Positions 20,089-29,547 of a stretch of 64,000 bases of DNA are shown in pieces. The DNA is from Longimicrobiales bacterium. Its GTDB lineage: Bacteria > Gemmatimonadota > Gemmatimonadetes > Longimicrobiales > Gaopeijiaceae. A program made the position numbers and the translations under genes. The notes below the pieces were generated by a model. The model was not told the DNA's origin. It did no database searches and saw only the letters and a list, made by a program, of their open reading frames with translations. Location of the stretch: the NCBI GenBank assembly GCA_965249725.1, contig CBDFMQ010000002.1:960001-1024000 (forward strand). Reading direction: 5' to 3'. Every line of letters begins with the position of its first letter. Within the stretch, counting starts at the first letter, position 1.

Positions 20089-20732
20089 GCCGAATCCCCT
20101 TCCCCGGCGGACGGAGCCGGAGGCGATGCCTCGGCCTTCCTGAAGCTGCTCTCCTCACCCCTCATCAATCGACCGATGTTCGAGCGGTGTGACCACATCA
20201 CGAAGACGGCGAGGCCTGCGGAAAACCACACGGTGGTGGTTCCGCCCTGGTGAGGCGTGAAGTAGACGACGGCAGGCAAGACCACGGCCGCGGTCAGCGA
20301 AGCGAGCGATACGATCCGCGTCGCCAGCACCGTAACCATCCAGACCGCCAAGCCGCCGAGGAGGGCAACCGGCGCCACCGCGAGGAAGACGCCTCCTCCG
20401 GTGGCGATCCCCTTCCCGCCCTTGAAGCCGACCCAGAACGAGAAGACGTGTCCGATGATGGCCGCGCCACCGTACGCCAAGGCCCACGCCCACGCGACGT
20501 CTCCACCGATCTGTGGGAAGTACCAAGCCGGGAACCAACCCTTCAGGACGTCGACGATGATGACCGGCAACGCCGCCTTCCAGCCCAGCACCCGGTAGGT
20601 GTTCGTGCCTCCCAGGTTGCCGCTTCCCTTGGTCCGCAGATCGATCCCATACACGCCCTTCGCGACCACGTGACTCGTGGGCGTCGCGCCGGCCACGTAG
20701 GCCAGTGCCAGAAGCACGTATGGGTTCACCAA
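20085..20732 (-). CDS. plsY: Glycerol-3-phosphate acyltransferase PlsY
   Basis: GSGNLGGTN, FKGGKGIAT, HRSNIGRL. Confidence 0.95.
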   Translation of the reverse strand: MVNPYVLLALAYVAGATPTSHVVAKGVYGIDLRTKGSGNLGGTNTYRVLGWKAALPVIIVDVLKGWFPAWYFPQIGGDVAWAWALAYGGAAIIGHVFSFWVGFKGGKGIATGGGVFLAVAPVALLGGLAVWMVTVLATRIVSLASLTAAVVLPAVVYFTPHQGGTTTVWFSAGLAVFVMWSHRSNIGRLMRGEESSFRKAEASPPAPSAGEGDSA

Positions 20733-20734
20733 GA

Positions 20735-22051
20735 TCAGTTCTCCCTGAAGCGGATCCGGATGGGACTTCCCATGAACACCCAGCGATCTCTGAGACTGTT
20801 ATGGACGTAGCGAATGTAGTGTTCGGGCAGGGCCTTCGGGAGATTGACGAAGAAGATGAAGGTCGGAGGAGCAACCGACACCTGAGTGCCGTAGCGGATC
20901 TTGATCCGGCGACCGCGACTGTGCGGGGGCGTCTGATGACGCAGCAGGCCCGCCAGAGCCTCGTTGACGTCGGGAGTCGCGATTCTCCGGTGCCTCTCCT
21001 CCTGCACGTCGAGGATCATGTCGAGCGTCTTTCTCACCCGCTGCCCAGACAGGGCCGACGTGAAGATCACCGGAATCCATTTGAGGAACGGCGTGCGCTC
21101 GTGGAGATCCTTCTCGAACTGCGCAGCCGTCATGGTGTCCTTCTCGACCAGGTCCCACTTGTTCGCCACGATGATGACACCGGCTCCGGACTCCCAGGCC
21201 TGCTCGGCGACCCTGAGGTCCTGTACATGCAACGGTTCCGTGGCGTCGATCAGCACCAGACACACGTCGGCCTCGCGCACCACCTTGCTGGTCCGCAGAG
21301 CCGAATAGTATTCGACCGAGTCCTTGACCTTCGATTGCCGGCGGAGCCCCGCGGTGTCCACGAACACGAAGGTCTTGCCGTGATACTGGAGCGGAGAGTC
21401 CACCGGATCTCGGGTCGTACCCGCCACCTCGCTCACCACAACCCGGTCTTCATTGAACAGGCGGTTCACCAAGCTCGACTTACCCACGTTCGGCTTTCCG
21501 ACCACGGCCACGCGGATCACATCCTCGTCCTCTTCCACCTCCTCGGGTTCAGGCAGGTGCTCGACCATAGCATCCAGCAGGTCACCGGAGCCCTTCCCCG
21601 AAATCGCGCTTACCGGAAGCGGATCGCCCATACCCAGGCTCCAGAAGTCGAGGTGGCCCTGGTCTCGAGGCAGGTTGTCCATCTTGTTCACGACGAGCAG
21701 AACCGGAGTGCCGCTCTTCCTCAGAATCTCGGCTAGACGCTGATCGAGGGGGTGGACCCCCGCCTTGCCGTCGACGAGAAAGAGAATGGCGTCGGCCTCG
21801 GCGACCGCGGCATACGCTTGCTCTCGGATGGCCCGCTCCAGCGGCTCGTCGCTGCCCTCGATCACCCCCCCGGTATCCACCAGGAAGAAGTGGTGACCGG
21901 CCCAGTCGGCCCGGCTGAAGTTCCGATCTCGGGTCACCCCGGGTTCGTCGTCGACAATCGCGACCCGCCCGCCGATCACCCGATTGAAGAACGTGGACTT
22001 GCCCACGTTGGGCCGACCAACGACAGCCACAACGGGCATCCCCCTACTCAT
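20735..22051 (-). CDS. der: Ribosome biogenesis GTPase Der
   Basis: Two GxPNVGKS/DTxG/NKxD GTPase domains. Confidence 0.97.
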   Translation of the reverse strand: MSRGMPVVAVVGRPNVGKSTFFNRVIGGRVAIVDDEPGVTRDRNFSRADWAGHHFFLVDTGGVIEGSDEPLERAIREQAYAAVAEADAILFLVDGKAGVHPLDQRLAEILRKSGTPVLLVVNKMDNLPRDQGHLDFWSLGMGDPLPVSAISGKGSGDLLDAMVEHLPEPEEVEEDEDVIRVAVVGKPNVGKSSLVNRLFNEDRVVVSEVAGTTRDPVDSPLQYHGKTFVFVDTAGLRRQSKVKDSVEYYSALRTSKVVREADVCLVLIDATEPLHVQDLRVAEQAWESGAGVIIVANKWDLVEKDTMTAAQFEKDLHERTPFLKWIPVIFTSALSGQRVRKTLDMILDVQEERHRRIATPDVNEALAGLLRHQTPPHSRGRRIKIRYGTQVSVAPPTFIFFVNLPKALPEHYIRYVHNSLRDRWVFMGSPIRIRFREN

Positions 22052-23333
22052 GTGCCGTCGCTTTAAGCGTGCCAAGGCACTCCAGCAGCTCGTATCCGGT
22101 CACCACCTCTGCCGGTGCCAGCGCCGCGCGGAGCTCCTCAATCGGAAGGCTGTCGATGAACAGGTCGTCGGCATTGAGCGCTTCTGCCGGCAGCAGAATG
22201 ATCTCGTCTTCGTGCGTGTCACCCACAGCCCGTTGGATGTCCCGACCTCCGAGAAGACCCGCGACCGTCACGCTCTCTCCGTAAAACTCGTTCACCACGC
22301 CGACCACCTGCACCGTGGAGCCGGTGGCGTCGGAAAGCCTGGGCGCCCTGTCACGGAACAGGCCCTCCATACTCAGACCCGTCACGATGCGAATCGTGCG
22401 TCCCGGAATCGCGGGTGCGTAAGGAAGTCCCCTCTCGAACTCGCGCACGAACCGGTTCAGGGCTCCCACCCCGTTCTCGGTCAGGGAGCCTTCGTCGTAG
22501 TACTCGTCGTCGGGAAAGTCACCGCCCGCGATCAGGTACATCTCGTCCGCGGAGTAACACCATCCCCGGCCCCTCTCGCGTAGGGCCTTCTCCCTTACGC
22601 GATCCACCTGGCCGATCGCCGTGACGGCCTGTTCGCGAGTCAGCAGGGAGACCGGGCGCCCCAAGTTGTACTTGGTGAGCCCCACAGGTACCACGGACAG
22701 CGATCGCACGCCCTCCCCGAGGTCGTAGAGATCCGCCATGGTCCGGTCCAAGTGCTCTCCGTCGTTCCAGTCGGGGCACAGCACGACCTGGGTGTGCACC
22801 TCGAGGCCGTTGTCGAGCAGGTAACGAAGCTGCTCCATGATGAGCCCGGCCCGGTTGTTCACGAGCAGGCGTTCGCGCACCTCGGGTTCGGTGGCATGCA
22901 CGCTCACGTAGAGCGGGCTGATCCTCTGCTCCACCAAGCGCTCCATGCCCTTGGGGCCCACGTTGGTGAGCGTGACGTAACTCCCGTAGGTGAATGAGAG
23001 CCGGAAGTCGTCATCCCTGAGCCACAGCGTATCACGCACGTCCTTGGGATTCCCATCGATGAAGCAGAACACGCACTTGTTTCCGCATTCACGAATCGTG
23101 TCGGGGGCCGGCACGATACCGACCGGCTCGCCGGGCTCACGCTCGATATCGTAGAATACCGAGTCCCCCTCGGGATTCACGGTCTCGAGTTCAAGCGCGC
23201 TGTCGGCCAACAGGAAGGTCAAATCGATGCCGTCGCGGACTCGCTGCCCGTTGATCCGGACGATACGTGTCCCGATCTCCAGGTGGAGCTCGTCTGCAAT
23301 GCTGCCGGCTTCGATTTCTGCGATGCGTACCAA
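22044..23333 (-). CDS. PDZ + radical-SAM-like DUF512 protein
   Basis: CGNKCVFC, DDDFRLSF..GSYVTLTN, ENGVG; start inferred. Confidence 0.85.
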   Translation of the reverse strand: MVRIAEIEAGSIADELHLEIGTRIVRINGQRVRDGIDLTFLLADSALELETVNPEGDSVFYDIEREPGEPVGIVPAPDTIRECGNKCVFCFIDGNPKDVRDTLWLRDDDFRLSFTYGSYVTLTNVGPKGMERLVEQRISPLYVSVHATEPEVRERLLVNNRAGLIMEQLRYLLDNGLEVHTQVVLCPDWNDGEHLDRTMADLYDLGEGVRSLSVVPVGLTKYNLGRPVSLLTREQAVTAIGQVDRVREKALRERGRGWCYSADEMYLIAGGDFPDDEYYDEGSLTENGVGALNRFVREFERGLPYAPAIPGRTIRIVTGLSMEGLFRDRAPRLSDATGSTVQVVGVVNEFYGESVTVAGLLGGRDIQRAVGDTHEDEIILLPAEALNADDLFIDSLPIEELRAALAPAEVVTGYELLECLGTLKATAHE

Positions 23334-23468
23334 AGGAGGGGGCCTCTGTCGGGAGGGAGGTCGGAACCATAGGAATCTCAACAAATTCGTCCAATTATGG
23401 TACAGGCCGGATGAAATCGTTCGGTAACGGCAGGAACCACCTGGGGAGCAATTGCGTAGATTGGGCAC

Positions 23469-24866
23469 ATGAGCACTGAACGAGACCGAACAGACCAGGA
23501 CCGGGCGAGAGTGTGGCGTAACGCCGCGCCCCTCGCTGCGCTCCTCGGTGTCCTCCTGTCTGCGGGGTGCGGCGAACAGGTCGATCAGATTCGCAACGAG
23601 TTCCGCGATCTGACGCCACATGAGGCCTACTTCGAGTCTCTTCGGGCCGTCGGTCTCTCCGAGACCGCGCTGGGTACGGCCTGGTCCGAGGCGGCCGCTC
23701 GCTCCCTCGACGAAGCGCCGACCGTTGGTCTTCCCTACGAGGAAGAGGGATTCCTCTTCCCGGAGTCTCCGGGGGCCCGAAGCTACCTGGTGGAGCTTCG
23801 GCGCGGTCAGCGGCTCTCTCTGGACGTCGAGTTGGACGGCGATGGCCCCACTCGGCTTTTCCTGGACATCTACCGCATGCAGAGTGATTCGGGGCGGGCT
23901 CCCCTTCCTGTCCTGTCCTCCGACTCGGTACGGGGCGCGGTGGACTATGTAGCCAGTCGCCGTGCGAGCTACGTGGTACGCCTGCAGCCGGAGCTCCTGC
24001 GTGGCGGCCACTACCGTGTCGTCTTGAGGGCGGACGGTTCGATGGCCTTCCCGGTGGAAGGGCGCAACACGCGCGCCATCCTCAGCGTCTTCGGTGCGGA
24101 CCGCGATGCCGGACGACGACAGCACCACGGCGTGGACATCTTCGCACCTCGAGGCACCCCGGTCTTATCGGCCACTCCCGGTCGCGTCTCTCGCGTTCAG
24201 AACACCGAGATCGGTGGCAAGGTGGTTTGGGTACGTGATTCCGAGGAGCCCAACTCGGTCTACTACGCCCACCTCGACAGCCAGGTGGTGCAGGCCGGCG
24301 CCAAGGTGACTCCGGGCACCCTGCTCGGGTTCGTGGGCAATACGGGCAATGCCCGCACCACGCCTCCGCACCTCCATTTCGGAGTGTACCGGCGACGTGA
24401 GGGACCGGTAAACCCCTATTACTACCTCTTCAAGCCGTCACAGGACCTGGTGGCGACCACGGCCCCCGTGGATCACCTCGGCTCGTGGACCCGCACGGTA
24501 AATCAGGGAATTCGCCTGAGAGGCGGTCCGAGCCGCCGAGCGGCCGTCGTGGCCGAACTCGAGGAGCACACGCCGGTGCGTGTACTGGGTGCTGCCGGTT
24601 CATGGTACCGGGTCCGGCTGCCCAACGGCCAGGTCGGGTTCGTGGCCGCCAGGCTGACCGAGGCCGTGAACGAGCCGCTCCGCAGCCAAGTGGTGGCGCA
24701 AACCGCTGCCTTGGTGAGCGGCCCGAGTGAGAGCGCCCCGCTCATGGAGGCCGTCGAGGCCGGCACCGGTGTTTCGGTGCTCGGCACCTTCGATGGCTTC
24801 CTGTATGTGCAGTCCCCGGGCGGAAACACTGGCTGGATGGCCAGCGAGCCCACCACGTTCCCCTAG
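23469..24866 (+). CDS. M23 peptidase lipoprotein with SH3-like domains
   Basis: Lipobox AGC, HHGVD, YYAHL, PHLHF. Confidence 0.9.
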   Translation: MSTERDRTDQDRARVWRNAAPLAALLGVLLSAGCGEQVDQIRNEFRDLTPHEAYFESLRAVGLSETALGTAWSEAAARSLDEAPTVGLPYEEEGFLFPESPGARSYLVELRRGQRLSLDVELDGDGPTRLFLDIYRMQSDSGRAPLPVLSSDSVRGAVDYVASRRASYVVRLQPELLRGGHYRVVLRADGSMAFPVEGRNTRAILSVFGADRDAGRRQHHGVDIFAPRGTPVLSATPGRVSRVQNTEIGGKVVWVRDSEEPNSVYYAHLDSQVVQAGAKVTPGTLLGFVGNTGNARTTPPHLHFGVYRRREGPVNPYYYLFKPSQDLVATTAPVDHLGSWTRTVNQGIRLRGGPSRRAAVVAELEEHTPVRVLGAAGSWYRVRLPNGQVGFVAARLTEAVNEPLRSQVVAQTAALVSGPSESAPLMEAVEAGTGVSVLGTFDGFLYVQSPGGNTGWMASEPTTFP

Positions 24867-24897
24867 GGGAGCGTCCTCCTTGGAAGGGAGGGTCTCC

Positions 24898-26022
24898 TTG
24901 GACCTCCGCGATCGGCTGGAGGCGGCCCAGGAGCGGGGTGAACTCCCCGCGATCATCGCCCGGCACAGAATCGACGGCCCCGGCTCTACGTTGGACATGC
25001 GGGAATTCCAGCAGGGACTCTGGCGCCCTCCGACCTGGCCCGACGACCTCGACTCCGATCCTACCGCGGCGTGGAGCGCCGATCTTCCGCGCACGATTTG
25101 CCTGACGATCGACACCGGCACGCGGATCGAGGCGCATCCGTTCGAAGCAGGCCTGATCGCCGTCCGCTCCTCTGAGTACGACACCCAAGTAGTGGGTCGC
25201 GCCGGGCAGGTCGCCGCCACTCAGGAAAACTGGTTGGTCAAGGCGATCGATGCGTTCGGCCTGAGCGGGGTGGCGTTTCATCTACACAGTCTGCGTGCAG
25301 GGCTGTTGTCGGCGGGCCTCGGCGGCTCGGCCACGGCAATGACGGCCGTGTGCCTCTTGGCCAATCGGTTGGCTGGGGACCCCATGGACGGCCCCCAGAT
25401 CGTCGGCCTCGCGTCCCGCCTCGAGCAGGACCTCGGTACAAGCCTCACCGGCACTCAAGAACAGTCCAACGTGGTTTGGGGTGGAGTCATGGACTACGTG
25501 TGGCTCCCGTGGGGAATTCCCGGTCAGCCTCGGCAAGGGCTCGGCACGTCGGTGCGCTACGAACTCGCTGCGCCGGACCGGTACGAACAGCTCTCGGAGA
25601 GGATGGCCCTCTTTCACACCGGCAAGACCCGGTTCAGCTCCACGGTGAACGAGACCTGGTGCGGCATGCTTCGCAACGAAGAGTCGTTCCCCAAACTGAC
25701 GGAGCTTCCGCGATATGCGTACGAGTATCGGGAGGGTCTGCGCTTGGGTGACTGGCCGCGCGTGATAGAGAGCATCCGGGGGTACAGGCAGATCCGGATC
25801 GATCTGGTGCCCCCCTACATGGCCGGAGCCGAAGAGCTGGCGGAGCACGTCGCAACGCAGGGTGCGGAAGCATTCCCTCTGGGAGCTGGAGGTGGGGGCA
25901 GCGTGTTGGTCTTCTCCCCCGATCCCGGCGCGCTCGACATCCTGCGCCCACAGCTGACCGGTAGTTACGACGAAATCCCCTTCAAGCTGATGCCTGAAGG
26001 GCATGAATTCGTGCACTGCTGA
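24898..26022 (+). CDS. GHMP-family sugar kinase-like protein
   Basis: SAGLGGSA, TGTQEQ, GAGGGGS; start inferred from GGAGG. Confidence 0.75.
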   Translation: MDLRDRLEAAQERGELPAIIARHRIDGPGSTLDMREFQQGLWRPPTWPDDLDSDPTAAWSADLPRTICLTIDTGTRIEAHPFEAGLIAVRSSEYDTQVVGRAGQVAATQENWLVKAIDAFGLSGVAFHLHSLRAGLLSAGLGGSATAMTAVCLLANRLAGDPMDGPQIVGLASRLEQDLGTSLTGTQEQSNVVWGGVMDYVWLPWGIPGQPRQGLGTSVRYELAAPDRYEQLSERMALFHTGKTRFSSTVNETWCGMLRNEESFPKLTELPRYAYEYREGLRLGDWPRVIESIRGYRQIRIDLVPPYMAGAEELAEHVATQGAEAFPLGAGGGGSVLVFSPDPGALDILRPQLTGSYDEIPFKLMPEGHEFVHC

Positions 26023-26029
26023 GATTGGC

Positions 26030-26049
26030 CGACGGGCGGTCGCCCGTCG
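26030..26049. terminator. GC hairpin between convergent genes
   Basis: cgacgggcg-gt-cgcccgtcg; no U tract. Confidence 0.4.
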
Positions 26050-26067
26050 CAGGATCCCCGGAAGGCT

Positions 26068-26379
26068 TTAGATCAGGAAGGGTGCGACCAACCCCGCCGT
26101 CGCCACGACCGCAAACCACATGGCGGGACGAGCGAACCAAGGTCGGAGTTCCCTGCGTACGTCAGTGAGCCGATGGGGATTGAGGGCGATGGCCATACGA
26201 CCTTCCTCATCCTTCTTGCCGTCGATGAGGCGGTCCTTGAGCAGAACGTTCACGGCCTCCTGATACTTCGTGGCCTTACCGCCGTACCCAGGCAGAGTAC
26301 TCGGCCGCGTATACCGTCCAGCGCCGTCGTCCTCGTGAATCTGATCCAGCGTTTTCAGAATGGTCTTCCGCGGTGACAT
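26068..26379 (-). CDS. Hypothetical protein with C-terminal TM helix
   Basis: 103-aa ORF, GAGGGG RBS. Confidence 0.65.
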   Translation of the reverse strand: MSPRKTILKTLDQIHEDDGAGRYTRPSTLPGYGGKATKYQEAVNVLLKDRLIDGKKDEEGRMAIALNPHRLTDVRRELRPWFARPAMWFAVVATAGLVAPFLI

Positions 26380-26522
26380 GTGCCCCTCATGGTCCAGTTT
26401 ATCGTCAACCCGTCCACACTACGAGATCTTAGTCCCAGAAGTTTTGCAGGTTCCAAGATCTTAGACGGCAGGGCCTCGGGATCGGTTGCAGAGCCATACG
26501 CCGGCAGCCCTGGGACACCCGT

Positions 26523-27650
26523 TTAGAGGCCCCAGACCTCGCTATCCGGGGCGAACGTCATCCAGGCGAACCAGAATGACACATAGGCGTCTCGGACCTG
26601 CTGGAGCGCCTTCCCCTCCATCGCTCCCGAGAGTCCTGCACCGGCCAGGCTCCATTCGCTGCCCGTCTCTACATCGTAGTAGCCGCCGTCTCGGACCTCG
26701 AACGTCAGGCTCTGGCCGTCGACGGAATTCCAGAACGCGAGGGCCGACTGGGCGTCACCACTCCAGAACACCACGACGGGGTCTCCCTCGACCGTCTCGT
26801 GAACGACTTCCGGCTGATCCAGATGGAGGAGGCCGAAGGGAAAGACGATGCCTCCGCCTGATGCGAAGGGAATGCCCAGTACGCGTTCCTTCGGAGGACG
26901 ACGGTCGTCGAACGCGGGGTTGGGATAGATGGTCCCCTCGTGTAGACGCTCGTAGGCGCCATACGGGTACGCCTGATAATCACGATCGAACCCCGTGGTG
27001 CCGGAGATCACTTTCGTCTGCGGGTGAAGCCTCACCCAGGTGCCCCACTCCACCTCGACCGACGGGTACATCTCCAAAGCATGCCCGTCCCGGGGTCCGC
27101 ACCGTGCCTGCCGCATCATCTGCGGCCACAGCGAGGTCTCTCCACCGCCGGTTCGGTCGTACATGATCAGGTTGTTGTTGAACAGCAGGCCCGACACCCC
27201 GAACTCGACCCCTTCCGCCGAGGTCCGATCGAAGGCGATGCTCGATCCCGTGAGGGGACAGTACGTCACAGAGAGTTGAGGCTCGAGGTTGTTGAAGTTC
27301 ACGATCTCGTGCCACCAGAGAATGTTGTGGGGAATCGCGATGTACTCCCCGTTCACCTCGATTCCGATGATCCGGTCGTCGGGTCTCAGGTACGTAGCGT
27401 CGGAGTCCGTCGACTGGACAAGCACGGGATCCGAGAGCGCGGGAATGCCGTCCCTACCGACGCCGCCGGAGTAGATCTGCCCGTCGGGAATGCTGCACAG
27501 CCCCACCTCCTCGTACCGGACCCCCAAGGTCCCCGGGAAGAACGGTTCGTCTCCGCCGGAACACGCGAGGGCCACCATCGTGCTCGCGAGAACCACGACG
27601 CGGCGCAAACGGCGGAGTGGTGAAGACTTCGTTGTGGGACGAACCGCCAT
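26523..27650 (-). CDS. DUF3179-family lipoprotein
   Basis: DGIPAL, WHEIVN, VTYCPLTGS, FGVSGLL..NLIMYDR, FWFAW; start uncertain. Confidence 0.85.
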   Translation of the reverse strand: MAVRPTTKSSPLRRLRRVVVLASTMVALACSGGDEPFFPGTLGVRYEEVGLCSIPDGQIYSGGVGRDGIPALSDPVLVQSTDSDATYLRPDDRIIGIEVNGEYIAIPHNILWWHEIVNFNNLEPQLSVTYCPLTGSSIAFDRTSAEGVEFGVSGLLFNNNLIMYDRTGGGETSLWPQMMRQARCGPRDGHALEMYPSVEVEWGTWVRLHPQTKVISGTTGFDRDYQAYPYGAYERLHEGTIYPNPAFDDRRPPKERVLGIPFASGGGIVFPFGLLHLDQPEVVHETVEGDPVVVFWSGDAQSALAFWNSVDGQSLTFEVRDGGYYDVETGSEWSLAGAGLSGAMEGKALQQVRDAYVSFWFAWMTFAPDSEVWGL

Positions 27651-27767
27651 CGACTCGACCTGGATCAGAAGGTTGGCGTCAGGACTCTCTGAAACGAACC
27701 CGTCCACCCCTTGATCCAGTTCCCATCCACTGACCAACTCCCGAGCGCCAACCCCAGGGTCCGTCGG

Positions 27768-28183
27768 CTATGCGCCGTATGCCGACCCGCTGTCGGGCTC
27801 GATCCAACGACCCAGCTCGTCCTTGACGGCCTCCACCAGTTGCCCGAAGTCGGGAGGTTTCTCCAGATAGCGCCGCGCACCGAGGGAGTACGCGCGTCGG
27901 GCGAGTTTGGGATCGGAGGACGCCGTGAAAATGATCACCGGAATCTGGGAGAGCGCTCATCGTGCACGAGCCATTCCAGGATTTCCATACCGTCGGCATC
28001 AGGCAACGACAGGTCTAGTGTAATCAGGGCCGGAGCCGGCTCTTCCACCAGATAGGCACGTGCTTCTTCGGCACTGAACGCCACTTCGACCTGAGCGTAG
28101 GAGAGTCCTGTCGAGAAGACCGCCTCGATCAGGAGTACGTGATCAGGGTTGTCCTCAATCACGAGAATGGTCGCGTGGGTCAT
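27768..28183 (-). pseudogene. Single-domain response regulator with 1-nt frameshift
   Basis: ILVIEDNPD, LDLSLPDADG, then IPVIIFTAS...YLEKP in another frame after ~27952. Confidence 0.85.
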
Positions 28184-28322
28184 GGGGACCGGGTGTCCTC
28201 GGTTGGAGCCCATCCCCGGGGGGGCCTACTTTAAAGCTAGTAACCACCGGCTGTGGGCGCCAAAGGTCTCTTCGGCCACTGCGTCCACCGTCCGAACGCT
28301 CCACATACCGTACTGGAAGACG

Positions 28323-28568
28323 ATGAGCCCATACATATCGCAGGATCGTCGTCGTGAGATCGACGACGAAGGCGCGGCACCGAGCAACACCGGAGAACTC
28401 ACCTACGCGTTGTATCGGGCTTGTATCGACTACCTGCCCTCTGAGGCCCGCTACGCCGACTACGCGGAGGTCATGGCCGCCCTCGAATGCGCGAAGCTGG
28501 AGTTCTATCGCCGGCGAGTGGCTCCATACGAGGACACGAAGATCGCCGAGAGCGGCGACGTGGTCTGA
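28323..28568 (+). CDS. DUF6899-like small protein
   Basis: PYI...GELTY...ALECAKLEFYRR.VAPYED.KI...GDV pattern. Confidence 0.7.
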   Translation: MSPYISQDRRREIDDEGAAPSNTGELTYALYRACIDYLPSEARYADYAEVMAALECAKLEFYRRRVAPYEDTKIAESGDVV

Positions 28569-28684
28569 CCCCATGCTGTAACCCCCGCCGGACATGGCAA
28601 TAGCGGTTTGAGGCTTGGCGGAGAACCCAGTACTTTCCGGCCGGACTCTGTGGTAGAAGAGATGACCTTCCTTAAGGAGTCGAG

Positions 28685-29365
28685 TTGAGATCCCTCCTGT
28701 CCTTCTCGTCCGTCGCAGTTGTGACGGCACTCACGTTCGGTTGTGGAGGTGGGTCCGACCCGACCACGGTGATCACCCCGCCCCCTCAGGCGGACGATGC
28801 GCCGCCACCACCCCCCCCGACAAATATCATTGCTGCGGATTCGTTTGACGTAATCCCGTCGGGCGCGGTGGACTTCGACGATCCCGCTTTTCTGATATCG
28901 CGTGAGAAGCTAGGGACCGTGCCTGCCGGGGTGGTGCCGGGTGCAGGAAAGTTGCTGGTCCTCTCGTTGAGAGACCTGAATGATCCGAACCTAGTCTGTG
29001 GTGGGGGGAGCTGGAGTGATGCATGCTCCAGCATGGTTGTACTGGAGCAGGAAGGGATCGAACCCGGGCGGCGTCCCGGAAGGGTCGAGTTAAGCCTTAT
29101 GAGTGGGCGGAAGACCTGGTACCCACAGGCAGACACGGTCAGCTTGGCTGAGGAGCCTCCGCCCGGCTGACCCGTTTTCCAAGTGGGCGGGTCCGCCCAT
29201 CGGTGGAGCGTGTTGCTCGATGACGACATCAGGCCGGGCACGGACTTCGTCGTACGTGTGACGGTCGGAAAGGCTACTGGCGCCCAGACCAAGGTCGGGT
29301 GGCAGCTCTCGATCGAAGAGCCGACGGTGGCGGCCGCGCCGGGCGAGGGTCACGACGACTGTTAG
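28685..29365 (+). CDS. Hypothetical lipoprotein, candidate selenoprotein (in-frame TGA at 29168-29170)
   Basis: AAGGAG RBS, FGC lipobox; the frame stays open 64 codons after the TGA; SECIS-like hairpin follows. Confidence 0.6.
29171..29210 (+). promoter_or_regulatory. Candidate bacterial SECIS element
   Basis: GTGGGCG-GGTC-CGCCCAT hairpin starting 13 nt after TGA, lower stem TTCCA/TGGAG. Confidence 0.55.
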
Positions 29366-29381
29366 AGCTTTCTCTTGTCAA

Positions 29382-29454
29382 AGCGGGCGACCGGACTCGA
29401 ACCGGCGACCCTCAGCTTGGGAAGCTGATGCTCTACCAACTGAGCTACGCCCGC
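29382..29454 (-). tRNA. tRNA-Gly(CCC)
   Basis: GCGGGCG acceptor stem, CTTCCCAAG anticodon loop, GGTTCGAGTCC T arm; CCA not encoded. Confidence 0.97.
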
Positions 29455-29486
29455 GAAGGGCGTAATCTATACGGGCCCTAGGGGCC

Positions 29487-29522
29487 AAAAAAGGCCGGGC
29501 GCCCCATGGGGACGCCCGGCCT
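29487..29522 (-). terminator. Rho-independent terminator
   Basis: AGGCCGGGCG...CGCCCGGCC stem followed by T6, after the TPR gene. Confidence 0.85.
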
Positions 29523-29547
29523 CGATTCTGTTCGGCAGGCCGAGGTT

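Noticed and set aside
22044..24128. 694-aa version of the DUF512 ORF
   Set aside because: The N-terminal extension is antisense to the M23 gene; the recognisable domain starts near 23333
29361..29368. GTTAGAGC next to the tRNA as an attC core
   Set aside because: No matching L boxes or partner R box found; it contains the stop of the readthrough ORF
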